59,094 nucleotides of DNA from Candidatus Evtepia excrementipullorum. GTDB taxonomy: Bacteria > Bacillota > Clostridia > Oscillospirales > Oscillospiraceae. Made by a program: the position numbers and the translations under genes. Under the pieces are notes generated by a model that was not told the DNA's origin, did no database searches, and worked only from the letters and a program-made list of their open reading frames with translations. Position 1 is the first letter of the stretch; each line of letters opens with the position of its first letter. Shown piece after piece: positions 17,907 through 27,815 of this stretch. The DNA lies in contig DWYQ01000133.1 of the NCBI GenBank assembly GCA_019118615.1, positions 1 to 59,094 of the forward strand. Direction: 5' to 3'.

Positions 17907-19043
17907 ATGATCGAATTCCGGCACGTCTCCAAGGATTTCCACGGCAAAGTTGTTCTATCCGATATATCCATGGAAATCCCCACAGGGGAACTCACCGTAT
18001 TGATCGGCCCTTCCGGTTGTGGGAAGACCACCACCCTAAAGATGATCAACCGGCTTCTCTCCCCATCCAGCGGCGAAATTTGGATAGATGGAAAGAACAT
18101 TGAAACGCTGGACAAGGTGCAGTTGCGCCGGCGAATCGGTTACGTCATCCAACAGGGCGGCCTATTCCCCCACATGACCATTCGGGAAAACATCGAAATC
18201 ATTGCCCGTCTGGCCAAGGGCGACCCCCAAGCCATCTCCCGCAAAACCGACCAACTCATGGAGATGGTGGATCTGGATCCTGCGGAGTACCTGGACCGTT
18301 ATCCCACGGAGCTCTCTGGTGGCCAGCAGCAGCGCATCGGCGTGATTCGCGCCCTGGCCAACGACCCTGAGGTCGTGCTTTTCGACGAGCCCTTCTCTGC
18401 GCTTGACCCGGTTACCCGGAGCAGCCTGCAGGACGAGTTGGTCTCAATGCACGAAAAGATGGGAAAAACCATGGTTTTTGTCACCCACGACATGGACGAG
18501 GCCATCAAGATCGCCGACCGCATTTGCATCATGCGCAATGGGCACATTTTGCAGTTTGACACGCCAGAACAGATCCTCAAACACCCCGCCGACGATTTCA
18601 TCGCCAGTTTTGTCGGCACCGAACGGATCTGGGACTCCCCGGAGTTCATCCGGGTGTCTGACTTCATGATCAAGGAGACCATCACCTGCCATGGCGATTT
18701 GAACCGCAACCTCTGCATCAAGCGTATGCGGGACCATCACATCGACTCCCTCCTGGTGGTGGACGAGCAGCACCATTTACGGGGGGTGGTCACCCGCCGG
18801 GCCCTCTTCCGGGCGGAGTCCCCTTTGGCTCGAGCAGAGGAGATCATGGAGCCTGTCCGCTACACTGCCCGGGATGATGACAACATTGTCAACATCCTCC
18901 GTATGGTCCAAGAGGCAGAGGTCAACGCCGTCCCTGTGTTGGATGCCTCTGAGAAGCTGGTGGGTCTGCTCACCAACTCCAGCCTGGTGGCTACCTTGAG
19001 CCGCCAGTTCCTCACCGAGGAAAAGGGGGTGGCAGACGGATGA
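17907..19043 (+). CDS. Glycine betaine/proline/choline ABC transporter ATPase with CBS pair (OpuCA/OsmV-like)
   Basis: GPSGCGKTT Walker A, LSGGQQQR, DEPFSALD, C-terminal CBS domains. Confidence 0.95.
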   Translation: MIEFRHVSKDFHGKVVLSDISMEIPTGELTVLIGPSGCGKTTTLKMINRLLSPSSGEIWIDGKNIETLDKVQLRRRIGYVIQQGGLFPHMTIRENIEIIARLAKGDPQAISRKTDQLMEMVDLDPAEYLDRYPTELSGGQQQRIGVIRALANDPEVVLFDEPFSALDPVTRSSLQDELVSMHEKMGKTMVFVTHDMDEAIKIADRICIMRNGHILQFDTPEQILKHPADDFIASFVGTERIWDSPEFIRVSDFMIKETITCHGDLNRNLCIKRMRDHHIDSLLVVDEQHHLRGVVTRRALFRAESPLARAEEIMEPVRYTARDDDNIVNILRMVQEAEVNAVPVLDASEKLVGLLTNSSLVATLSRQFLTEEKGVADG

Positions 19044-20641
19044 ATGCCTTCCTGGACGGGTTTGCCAGCCTCATGGACTATTTCATCACCCAGTGGCAGC
19101 AAATCCTCTCCCTCACCATTGAGCATATTGAAATGACTGCCATTGCGGTGGGCTGCTCCATCCTGATTGGCGTCCCTCTGGGGATTCTGGTCAGCTATGT
19201 GCGCAAACTGGGCAAACCGGTGATTGGCATTGCCAACGTGGTGCAGGCCATCCCTAGTATGGCCCTGCTGGGCCTGGCTATTCCCCTGCTGGGCATTGGC
19301 ACCCTGCCCGCTGTGGTGATGGTTATCATCTACTCCCTGTTGCCCATTGTAAAAAACACCTACACCGGCATCACCAACATTGACCCTCTGTTGGTGGAAG
19401 CCGCCACGGGCATCGGCCTGACCAAGTGGCAGGTGCTCTATAAGATCAAGCTTCCCATGGCCTTGCCTGTCATCATGGCGGGGGTGCGGATCAGCACCGT
19501 CACCGCCGTGGGCCTGATGACCATGGCCGCCTTCATCGGCGCTGGGGGCCTGGGATATCTGGTGTTCTCCGGCATCCGGACGGTGAACAACATCCAGATC
19601 CTGGCAGGCGCCATCCCCGCCTGCATCCTGGCCCTGGTGGTGGATTTCCTCATGGGGCTCATCGAAAAACTGGTGACCCCCATCAGCCTGCAGAAACAGT
19701 TCGGCACCTCTAAGGAAAAGCTGAAACGCCGCAGAACCCGCAGCAAAGCGATCCTGGGCGTCGCCGCTGCTCTGCTGGTCCTCATGGTGGGCAACACCGC
19801 CTACCACAACCTGGCCAACACCAGCGACCGGAGCATCGTCATCGGCAGCAAGGACTTCACGGAAAACATCGTGTTGGCCCACCTCTACGGCCAGATGATC
19901 GAGGCCCACACGGACATTGACGTGGATGTGGAGGACAACTTGGGCGGTACCCAGGTGTGCTACGAGGCCCTCCAGGCCGGGGAAATTGACATGTACCTGG
20001 ACTACACGGGAACCGTTTACGTCAGCCTTTTGAACCACCCTGCCAAGTCCGACATGGAGGCGGTGTACCAGGAATGCAAGGACGAACTGGCTGCCAACTA
20101 CGACATTGTGGTGCTGGATAAGTCCCCCCTCAACAATACTTACACCATCGCGGTGCAGCCCGAAACCGCTGAGGAATATGGGCTTGTCACCATCGCCGAC
20201 CTTCAGAAGTGCGATGATCAGCTGGTCATTGGGACCACGCTGGAGTTCCAAAACCGGCCTGATGATGGGCTGCCGGGTCTGGTGGCCAAGTACGGATTCC
20301 AGTTTAAGAATACCGTAGGCATTGACGGCTCCCCCCGGTTTATCGCCCTGGAACAGGGAGAGATTGACATTGTGGACGCCTTCGCCACCGACGGCCTGCT
20401 GAAAAAGTATGGCCTGGTGACGTTGGAAGACACCGATGGCTATTTCCCGCCCTACAACGCCATCCCCATGCTCCAGGAGGAAGTTCTGGAGGAGTACCCG
20501 GAACTCGCCGATCCCATCAACCAGCTTTCTGCGGCCCTCACCGACGAGGAAATGCAGAACATGAACTACCTGGTGGACGAGGAAGGGCAGGAGCCCGCCC
20601 AGGTGGCCGCGGACTTCCTCTCCAGCCATGGGTTGCTCTAA
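19040..20641 (+). CDS. Osmoprotectant ABC transporter fused permease/substrate-binding protein
   Basis: QAIPSMAL, EAA loop, IGAGGLG; then IGSKDFTE, LGGT, YTGT, FPPY OpuCC-type binding domain. Confidence 0.95.
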   Translation: MNAFLDGFASLMDYFITQWQQILSLTIEHIEMTAIAVGCSILIGVPLGILVSYVRKLGKPVIGIANVVQAIPSMALLGLAIPLLGIGTLPAVVMVIIYSLLPIVKNTYTGITNIDPLLVEAATGIGLTKWQVLYKIKLPMALPVIMAGVRISTVTAVGLMTMAAFIGAGGLGYLVFSGIRTVNNIQILAGAIPACILALVVDFLMGLIEKLVTPISLQKQFGTSKEKLKRRRTRSKAILGVAAALLVLMVGNTAYHNLANTSDRSIVIGSKDFTENIVLAHLYGQMIEAHTDIDVDVEDNLGGTQVCYEALQAGEIDMYLDYTGTVYVSLLNHPAKSDMEAVYQECKDELAANYDIVVLDKSPLNNTYTIAVQPETAEEYGLVTIADLQKCDDQLVIGTTLEFQNRPDDGLPGLVAKYGFQFKNTVGIDGSPRFIALEQGEIDIVDAFATDGLLKKYGLVTLEDTDGYFPPYNAIPMLQEEVLEEYPELADPINQLSAALTDEEMQNMNYLVDEEGQEPAQVAADFLSSHGLL

Positions 20642-20665
20642 CCCATTTTGATACGCAGAATACGG

Positions 20666-20706
20666 AACAGATCCCTCGGAACCATCGCCGGGGGATCTGT
20701 TTTTTT
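20666..20706 (+). terminator. Intrinsic terminator
   Basis: acagatccctcgg/ccgggggatctgt stem followed by T7. Confidence 0.8.
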
Positions 20707-22297
20707 ATGTTTCTGGGGGATGGGCCACCGCCTCCGCCACCCGGAGACCATCTACCGCTGCCGAGACGATGCCCCCGGCATAGCCAGCCCCCTCGCCGCA
20801 GGGATAGAGCCCCCGCAGGTTTGACTGAAACCCCTTATCCCGAAGCAGGCGAACGGGAGAGGAGGAACGGGTCTCCACCCCCACCATCAGGGCATCTGGG
20901 GCGGCAAAGCCATGGAGCTTGCGGTCCAGCACTGGCAAAGCCTGGGCCAAGGTGTCGGTGACCAAGGGAGGCAGAGTATCCCGCAGGTCTCCGAAGCACA
21001 CGCCGGGCCGGTAGGTGCTGCGATGCTGGAGATGGTCCGGGCTGGGGAGGCCTCGGAGGAAGTCCCCCACCCGCTGGGCCGGCGCCTCATACCCAGGGCG
21101 GCCAAAGGCGTAGGCTTTCTCCTCCCATAGGGCCTGAAAGGTCGCCCCGGCCAGGGGATCCTCACTGCCAAAGTCCCCTGGGCCCACGCCCACCAGGAAC
21201 CCGCCGTTGATGAAGGCCCCATCCCGGGCACGGTTGCTCATCCCATTGGTCACAAGGCCGCCAGGCTGGGAGGCCGCCGCCACAATCTGCCCCCCAGGGC
21301 AGACGCAGAACGTATAGGCCGACCGGCCCGTGGGCAAATGGCACACCAACTTATAGTCCACAGGGGGAAAGGCCGCCCACTGCTCCCCCAACTGTGCCCG
21401 GCTGATCCGGTCCTGCCGGTGCTCTATGCGCACCCCGATGGCAAAGGGCTTCTGCTCCATGGCGGCCCCAGCATCTCGGAGCATCCGGAAGGTGTCCCGG
21501 GCAGAGTGGCCTGGGGCCAGAATCAGGGCATCGCAGGGCATGGTGTAGGTGGCATTCCCCTCTGCCACGACGATCTCCTGCAACGCATGGCCCGACAGGG
21601 AGAGGCCCTCTAGGCGATGTCCAAACCGGATCTCGCCGCCGGCGGCTAAAATCTCCTCCCGGAGCCGGCGGACCACTTGGCGGAGGAGGTCCGTTCCCAC
21701 ATGGGGCTTATGCTGCCAAAGGATATCCTCAGGGGCCCCTGCCGCCACGAAGGTCTTCATCACCTGGGACAGGCGGGGGTCATGGGTTCCCGTGGTGAGT
21801 TTTCCATCGGAAAAGGTCCCTGCACCCCCTTCCCCAAACTGAACGTTGGACTCCGGGTCCAGGTCCCCGCCCTTCCAGAAGGCCTCCACGTCCTGCACCC
21901 GCTGCTCGATGGGCTTGCCCCGTTCCAGCAAAACCGGCCGGAGGCCCGCCCGGGCCAAAGCGAGGGCGGCAAACAGCCCCGCCGGCCCGCTGCCCACCAC
22001 CACAGGCGGCAAGGTGGAAACCCGCGTCACCTGAGGAAATGCGTAGGGCACCGGCGGCTCCACCAGAGAAATCTGATTCCCCTTCCCCCGGGCTACCACC
22101 GCCTCCTCGTGGGGCAAGGAGACATCCACAGTCATGACATAATGGACGTCCCCTTTCTTGCGGGCATCGATGGATTGGCGCACTGGGACACATCGGTGGA
22201 GTTTCCCTACCGGGACGCCCAAGGCACGCGCCGCCTTTTTCCGCAGGAGGGCCTCGTCCCAAGTGGCGGGCAAGGCGATATTCCGAATCCGAACCAT
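20705..22297 (-). CDS. Uncharacterised FAD-dependent oxidoreductase (COG2509-type)
   Basis: VVGSGPAGLFAA, FGEGGAGTFSDGKL, GVETRSSSPVR, GEGAGYAGGIVSAAVDG. Confidence 0.9.
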   Translation of the reverse strand: MVRIRNIALPATWDEALLRKKAARALGVPVGKLHRCVPVRQSIDARKKGDVHYVMTVDVSLPHEEAVVARGKGNQISLVEPPVPYAFPQVTRVSTLPPVVVGSGPAGLFAALALARAGLRPVLLERGKPIEQRVQDVEAFWKGGDLDPESNVQFGEGGAGTFSDGKLTTGTHDPRLSQVMKTFVAAGAPEDILWQHKPHVGTDLLRQVVRRLREEILAAGGEIRFGHRLEGLSLSGHALQEIVVAEGNATYTMPCDALILAPGHSARDTFRMLRDAGAAMEQKPFAIGVRIEHRQDRISRAQLGEQWAAFPPVDYKLVCHLPTGRSAYTFCVCPGGQIVAAASQPGGLVTNGMSNRARDGAFINGGFLVGVGPGDFGSEDPLAGATFQALWEEKAYAFGRPGYEAPAQRVGDFLRGLPSPDHLQHRSTYRPGVCFGDLRDTLPPLVTDTLAQALPVLDRKLHGFAAPDALMVGVETRSSSPVRLLRDKGFQSNLRGLYPCGEGAGYAGGIVSAAVDGLRVAEAVAHPPET

Positions 22298-22379
22298 GGT
22301 TGTTCTCCTTTCCCCAGCCCTAGAAGGCAAACAGACCCACGCCGCCGGCATGGTCAGCAGCATGGGTCCAACTGCCCCG

Positions 22380-22949
22380 TCAGGCTTCCTCGTCCCTAGG
22401 ATCGGGAAGGTCTACCAGCAGGGGGACAATCCCCAAGGCAGGCAGCAGCGTCTTCCGTACCTCTTCCATAGAGAGGTTTACTGTCGAAGTATTGATGCAG
22501 GGGTGGCAGCCAAAGTGGCCGGTCTCTGCCACCGTGCGGTCCAGGATCAACTGCACCTTATGGTCCGGGTCGTTGGCCAGGGCCAAAACGGTAGCGGAGC
22601 CCGGGGTAACCCCCAAATAGGTCTCCATATCCTCCGGTGCAGCAAAGGACAGACGGGCCGAGCCAATCTGTTTGGACAGATCCCTGGTGCGAAAGGGCTT
22701 GTCCCCCTCCATCAGGAGAAGATAGAAGGCGGTTTTCTGCCGATTGCACAGCACCAAATTCTTACAGATGGGAGCGCCCAGGACCTTCTCAATCTCATGG
22801 CAGGCTGCAATGGTATCCGCCGGATCATGGTCCACCCGGGTATAGGGGATGGCCAGGCGATCCAGCAGATCATAGCAGGCAACCTCTCGCGGCAGACGGC
22901 CCTCCAAATTCTGGGGCCGTCCAGTATAGAGGGTGGGATCAATATGCAT
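22380..22949 (-). CDS. proX: Prolyl-tRNA editing protein (YbaK/ProX family)
   Basis: CKNLVLCNRQKT, RLSFA, LGVTPGS, HPCINTS. Confidence 0.88.
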   Translation of the reverse strand: MHIDPTLYTGRPQNLEGRLPREVACYDLLDRLAIPYTRVDHDPADTIAACHEIEKVLGAPICKNLVLCNRQKTAFYLLLMEGDKPFRTRDLSKQIGSARLSFAAPEDMETYLGVTPGSATVLALANDPDHKVQLILDRTVAETGHFGCHPCINTSTVNLSMEEVRKTLLPALGIVPLLVDLPDPRDEEA

Positions 22950-22965
22950 AGGCTTCCTCTCTTTT

Positions 22966-22998
22966 AAAAAAGAGGGCAGTGGCGAACCACTGCCCTCT
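22966..22998 (-). terminator. Terminator of the etfB-etfA-acd operon
   Basis: agagggcagtgg-TTCG-ccactgccctct plus T tract on minus strand. Confidence 0.85.
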
Positions 22999-23028
22999 CT
23001 TTACTTATCCGTTGAATGATAAACCGAA

Positions 23029-24177
23029 TTACTTCTTCAGCATCCAGCCGGAAACGACCATCTTCTGAACTTCGGTGGTGCCCTCATAGATCTCGGTGAT
23101 CTTAGCGTCACGCATCATTCTCTCGAAGGGATACTCGCGGGTGTAGCCGCAGCCGCCAACCAGCTGGACAACACGACGGGTCACGTCGGAAGCGACCTCA
23201 GCAGCGAACATCTTACCCATAGCAGCCAGGTAGCTGTAGGGCTCGTGGTCCTGCTTAGCCATAGCAGCACGATAGATCAGCAGGCGAGCAGCGTCAACCT
23301 TGGTCTGCATGTCAGCCAGCTCGAACTGGGTGTTCTGGAAGGAGGACAGGGGCTTGCCGAACTGCTTGCGGTTCTTCAGGTAGGGGATGCACTCGTCGAT
23401 AGCACCCTGAGCAATACCCAGAGCCTGAGCAGCAACGCCGATACGGCCGCCGTCCAGCAGCATCATAGCGATCTTGAAGCCTTCGCCTTCCTTGCCCAGC
23501 AGGTTCTCAGCAGGCACTTCGCAGTTGTCGAAGACCAGCTCGTAGGTGGCGGAAGCACGGATGCCCATCTTCTTCTCCTTGGTGCCGAAAGAGAAGCCCT
23601 TGAAGCCCTTCTCCACGATGAAGGCAGACAGGCCCTTGTGGCCCACGCTCAGATCGGGGTTGGTACGGGCGAAGATGACATAGGTGTCAGCATAGTAGCC
23701 GTTGGTGATGAAGATCTTGGTGCCGTTGAGGATGTACTTGTCACCCTTCAGCTCAGCAGTGGTGCGCACGCCGTTGGCGTCGGTACCAGCACCGGGCTCG
23801 GTCAGACCCATAGCGCCCAGCTTCTCGCCCTGAGCCAGGGGAACCAGGTACTTCTGCTTCTGCTCCTCGGTGCCGAACTCCAGGATGGGCCAGGAGCACA
23901 GGGAACCGTGCACGGAGAACATGATGGAGGTGGAAGCGCAGTACTTAGCCAGCTCCTCGCAGCAGACGATGTAGGTCAGATAGGACAGACCAGCGCCGCC
24001 GTACTCCTCGGGGATGTAGGTGCCCAGCATACCCATCTCGGCCAGCTTCTCGCGGGCGTTCTGGGTGAACTCTTCCTTCTCGTCCAGCTCAGCAGCGATA
24101 GGCTTGACTTCCTTGATGCAGAAGTCGTGCAGCATGTCGAGAATTTCCTGCTCCATTTCGTTCAGTTTGAAATCCAT
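23029..24177 (-). CDS. Acyl-CoA dehydrogenase (butyryl-CoA dehydrogenase-like)
   Basis: GLTEPGAGTDA, GTKIFITN, KMGIRAS, GGRIGVAAQ, RKQFG, EIYEGT. Confidence 0.95.
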   Translation of the reverse strand: MDFKLNEMEQEILDMLHDFCIKEVKPIAAELDEKEEFTQNAREKLAEMGMLGTYIPEEYGGAGLSYLTYIVCCEELAKYCASTSIMFSVHGSLCSWPILEFGTEEQKQKYLVPLAQGEKLGAMGLTEPGAGTDANGVRTTAELKGDKYILNGTKIFITNGYYADTYVIFARTNPDLSVGHKGLSAFIVEKGFKGFSFGTKEKKMGIRASATYELVFDNCEVPAENLLGKEGEGFKIAMMLLDGGRIGVAAQALGIAQGAIDECIPYLKNRKQFGKPLSSFQNTQFELADMQTKVDAARLLIYRAAMAKQDHEPYSYLAAMGKMFAAEVASDVTRRVVQLVGGCGYTREYPFERMMRDAKITEIYEGTTEVQKMVVSGWMLKK

Positions 24178-24265
24178 AATGTTTTCCTTTCTTTTTCCTG
24201 GATAGCGCCCCCTGAAGGGGGCGCCTCCGGAATATGTTAAATTTTTTTATAAACGAAGTAAGGAA

Positions 24266-25285
24266 TTAGTCCTTGTCTGCCAGAATCAGCTTGGTCAGAG
24301 CGGGGCAGACGTCATACAGGTTGCCGATGACACCCAGGTCAGCCACACCGAAGATGGGAGCCTCAGCGTCCTTGTTGATGGCAACGATGAAGTCGGAGGA
24401 ACCCATGCCAGCCAGGTGCTGGATGGCGCCGGAGATACCGCAGGCAACATACAGCTTGGGGCCAACGGTCTTACCGGTCTGGCCAACCTGGTGGGAGTGG
24501 GGGATCCAGCCGGCGTCAACGGCGGCACGGGAAGCGCCCACAACAGCGCCCAGAGCATCAGCCAGGGGCTTGATGGTGGTGTCGAAGCCCTCGGGGCCAC
24601 CCAGGCCACGGCCGCCGGACACGATGATGTCAGCGCCTTCCAGGTCGACCTTCTCGCCTTCCTCGGCGATGGTCTCGATGACCTTGATGCGGATCTGGTC
24701 AGCGGGGAAGACGAAATCGACCTTCTCGACCTCAGCGGTACGGCTGTAGTCGGCTTCCAGCTTCTTGTTCACGCCAGGACGGCAGGTGCCGATCTGGGGG
24801 AAGGTGAAGGGGCACAGGATGGTAGCCATCAGGTTACCACCGAAAGCGGGACGGGTCCAAGCAACCTTGCCGGTGGCCTCGTCGATGTCCAGGGAGGTGC
24901 AGTCGGCGGTCAGACCGGTCTTCAGACGGCCAGCCACACGGGGGCCCAGGTCACGGCCCATGGGGGAAGCGCCCATCAGAATGGTGGTGGGGCAGTCAGC
25001 CTCGACGCAGTGCACGATGGCAGCGGTGTAAGCGTCGGTGCTGTAGTGATCATACACTTCGTTGTCGACGACCAGAACCTTGTCAGCGCCGTGGGCGATG
25101 GCTTCCTTCACGGCCTCGTCGCAGTTGTAGCCGATGACCAGAGCAACGGTCTTACCGCCCTGGATACCAGCCAGACGACGGCCGGGGTTCAGCAGCTCCA
25201 GGCCAACGTTTCTGGCCTTGCCGTCTTTGGTTTCAATAAAGACCCACAGGTCCTTGGTCTTTGCTTCGTAGCTAGTCTGTAACAT
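24266..25285 (-). CDS. etfA: Electron transfer flavoprotein alpha subunit
   Basis: [33 protein letters not shown]. Confidence 0.96.
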   Translation of the reverse strand: MLQTSYEAKTKDLWVFIETKDGKARNVGLELLNPGRRLAGIQGGKTVALVIGYNCDEAVKEAIAHGADKVLVVDNEVYDHYSTDAYTAAIVHCVEADCPTTILMGASPMGRDLGPRVAGRLKTGLTADCTSLDIDEATGKVAWTRPAFGGNLMATILCPFTFPQIGTCRPGVNKKLEADYSRTAEVEKVDFVFPADQIRIKVIETIAEEGEKVDLEGADIIVSGGRGLGGPEGFDTTIKPLADALGAVVGASRAAVDAGWIPHSHQVGQTGKTVGPKLYVACGISGAIQHLAGMGSSDFIVAINKDAEAPIFGVADLGVIGNLYDVCPALTKLILADKD

Positions 25286-25306
25286 TGTTCTTCGTCCTCC
25301 CCTCGA

Positions 25307-26116
25307 TTAGATAATGCCCTTGTCTCTGAGCAGGTCGTACAGCTTCTTTGCGGACTCTTCAGGAGTTTCCTCCTTGATCTTCAGGCCGCCTTCCTTACGA
25401 GGAGGAGTGAAGCTCTTCTTAACCTTGGTGGGAGAACCCTTCAGGCCGGATCTCTCCACGTCCAGGCCGCAGTCGGCAGCGCTGAGAACGGGGATCTTAG
25501 CCTTGTTGGCAGCCATCTTGGACTTGATGGTGGGGAAGCGGGGCTCATAGTCGGGCTTGGTCACGGTGACAGCGCAGGGGCAAGCCATCTCGAGGATCTC
25601 GAAGCCCTCTTCCAGCTCCTTCTTCACGCGCACGTGCTGGCCGTCCTCGGTGGGCCAAACTTCCCAAGCATAGGTAACCTGGGGAATGTCCAGATCCTCG
25701 GCAACCTGAGGACCAACCTGAGCGGTATCGCCGTCGATGGCCTGCTTGCCGAACATCAGCATGTCGAACTTGATGCCTTCCAGCTCCTCGACCTTCTCCT
25801 TAGCCTTGGAGAGGATGTAGCCGGTGGCCAGAGTGTCGGAACCACCGCAAGCGCGGTCGGAGACCAGGTAAGCCTTGTCGCCGCCGACAGACAGGCACTC
25901 CTTCAGAGCGGCCAGAGCCTGCTCGGGGCCCATGGACAGGACGACAATCTTGGTGTCCTTGTACTTGTCCTTGATGCGGGCAGCAGCTTCGAGTGCATAA
26001 GCATCGAAGGGGCTGACGATGGCGGGAACGCCCTCACGCATCAGGGTGTTGGTCTCGGGATCAATTTTGATAATGGTCGTGTCCGGCACTTGTTTAATGC
26101 AAACAAGTATGTTCAT
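25307..26116 (-). CDS. etfB: Electron transfer flavoprotein beta subunit
   Basis: MNILVCIKQVPDT, GSDTLAT, GKQAIDGDTAQVGP, GLKGSPTKV. Confidence 0.96.
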   Translation of the reverse strand: MNILVCIKQVPDTTIIKIDPETNTLMREGVPAIVSPFDAYALEAAARIKDKYKDTKIVVLSMGPEQALAALKECLSVGGDKAYLVSDRACGGSDTLATGYILSKAKEKVEELEGIKFDMLMFGKQAIDGDTAQVGPQVAEDLDIPQVTYAWEVWPTEDGQHVRVKKELEEGFEILEMACPCAVTVTKPDYEPRFPTIKSKMAANKAKIPVLSAADCGLDVERSGLKGSPTKVKKSFTPPRKEGGLKIKEETPEESAKKLYDLLRDKGII

Positions 26117-26331
26117 TTCTGATTTCCCCCTATTTTTGATTTGTTTTATTTTGGTGGTTGTTCTGGGGCTCCATCGGAATGGGAAGACTAGAAGCATTTG
26201 CGTTCTTTCCGTTCCGCTGGGCAGCCGCAGCACACCCGCCAGATAAACGCCGACCCAGAGTTTCCCCCCGGTGGCAGACGTTTCTTGGAAGAGTGTCAAA
26301 TCGCGCACCCCTCCTGTACGTTACGTGGTGT

Positions 26332-26429
26332 ATTATAGCAAAGGATTTCTCAAATTACAAGCAGGGAATGTATCGCATCTGAGAAAAAAAATTCCGCTTT
26401 CTTCGTCGATTTTAGGCGTTTCGCCTAAA
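26332..26429 (-). promoter_or_regulatory. etfB sigma-A promoter and upstream 19-bp palindrome
   Basis: TTGTAA-17-TATAAT with TG extension (26360-26332); TTTAGGCG-ttt-CGCCTAAA at 26411-26429. Confidence 0.65.
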
Positions 26430-26446
26430 TATGACAAGGAAATCTT

Positions 26447-26479
26447 CAGGGGAGCCAATCGTGCTCCTTGGCTCCCCTG
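26447..26479. terminator. Hairpin downstream of aspartate kinase
   Basis: caggggagccaa/ttggctcccctg stem. Confidence 0.6.
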
Positions 26480-26498
26480 TTTTCTCCCGATTTTTCCT

Positions 26499-27713
26499 TT
26501 ATTCGCCAAAGAATTTGTCGTGGATGGCCTGGACCGCCAGCTTGGCATCCGACTCGTCCAGCAGGACAGAAACCTTGATCTCACTGGTGGAAATCATATG
26601 AATGTTGATGTCTGCATCGTACAGTGCACCAAACATCTTGGCAGCCACGCCGGCGTTGTCCACCATGCCGGCGCCAACAATGGAAACTTTCACCACGCTC
26701 TGATCCACGTCGATGTGATCGAAGGGCAAGCTCTCCTTGTGCTCTTGGAGCAGCGCCACCGCTTGGTCCACGTCGCTGCGGCGCACGGTAAAGCTGATGT
26801 CCTGGGTCCCCTGCCGGCCAATGGACTGGACGATGATGTCCACGTTGATGTTTTTCTGTCCCAGCAGAGAGAACACTTTGTAGGCAATGCCAGGCCGGTC
26901 TTCCACCCCCACCAGGGCCAGGCGGGCCACGTTTTTGTCTGTTGCTACGCCGCTGATCTGGGTCTTTTCCATGTTCTTTGCAACCTCCTTGACTTTCGTG
27001 CCCGGCTTTCTCTCGAAGCTGGACAGCACTTCCAAATTCACCTGATACTTCTTGGCCAGTTCCACAGAGCGGTTGTGGAGCACCTGGGCCCCCAAGCTGG
27101 CCAGCTCCAGCATTTCATCGAAGGTGATCTCCTCCAGCTTCCGGGCCCCCTTGACGTGGCGGGGGTCGGCAGTGTAGATGCCATCCACATCGGTGTAGAT
27201 CTGGCAGAGATCTGCCTTCAAGGCCGCGGCCAAGGCCACGGCGGAGGTGTCAGACCCTCCCCGTCCCAGGGTGGTGATGTCACCATACTTGTTGATCCCC
27301 TGGAAGCCGGTGACAATGACGATGGAGTGGTTCCGGTCAATTTCAGACTGGATGCGCTCCACGTCGATCTTTTTGATCCGTGCGCTGCTGTAGCTGCTGT
27401 TGGTCTGCACCCCAGCCTGCCAACCTGTGAGGGAAACCACCGGCAGACCCAGGGCCTCCACGGCCATGGCACACAGAGAACAAGAGATCTGCTCCCCGGT
27501 GGAAAGGAGCATATCCATCTCCCGCCGGGAGGCCTTGGGGTTAATTTCCTGGGCCTTTTCAATGAGGTCGTCGGTGGTGTCCCCCTGGGCAGAGAGAACC
27601 GCCACCACCTGGTTGCCCTGGCGGTAAGTTTCCGCAATGATTTCCGCGACGTTCCGCAGCCGTTCTGCATTGGCTACGGAGGTCCCTCCAAATTTTTGTA
27701 CAATCAGTCCCAT
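26499..27713 (-). CDS. lysC: Aspartate kinase
   Basis: VQKFGGTSV, TTLGRGGSDTSA, YTDVDG, two C-terminal ACT domains. Confidence 0.95.
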   Translation of the reverse strand: MGLIVQKFGGTSVANAERLRNVAEIIAETYRQGNQVVAVLSAQGDTTDDLIEKAQEINPKASRREMDMLLSTGEQISCSLCAMAVEALGLPVVSLTGWQAGVQTNSSYSSARIKKIDVERIQSEIDRNHSIVIVTGFQGINKYGDITTLGRGGSDTSAVALAAALKADLCQIYTDVDGIYTADPRHVKGARKLEEITFDEMLELASLGAQVLHNRSVELAKKYQVNLEVLSSFERKPGTKVKEVAKNMEKTQISGVATDKNVARLALVGVEDRPGIAYKVFSLLGQKNINVDIIVQSIGRQGTQDISFTVRRSDVDQAVALLQEHKESLPFDHIDVDQSVVKVSIVGAGMVDNAGVAAKMFGALYDADINIHMISTSEIKVSVLLDESDAKLAVQAIHDKFFGE

Positions 27714-27815
27714 CTCACATACCTCCAGTCAAACGGCCCAGCCCCGCCGGGCCATTGGGAACGAGATTGCTCAAGATCACCTTTCCCCCATGTTATGTGC
27801 CAGGGGGAGAAACCG

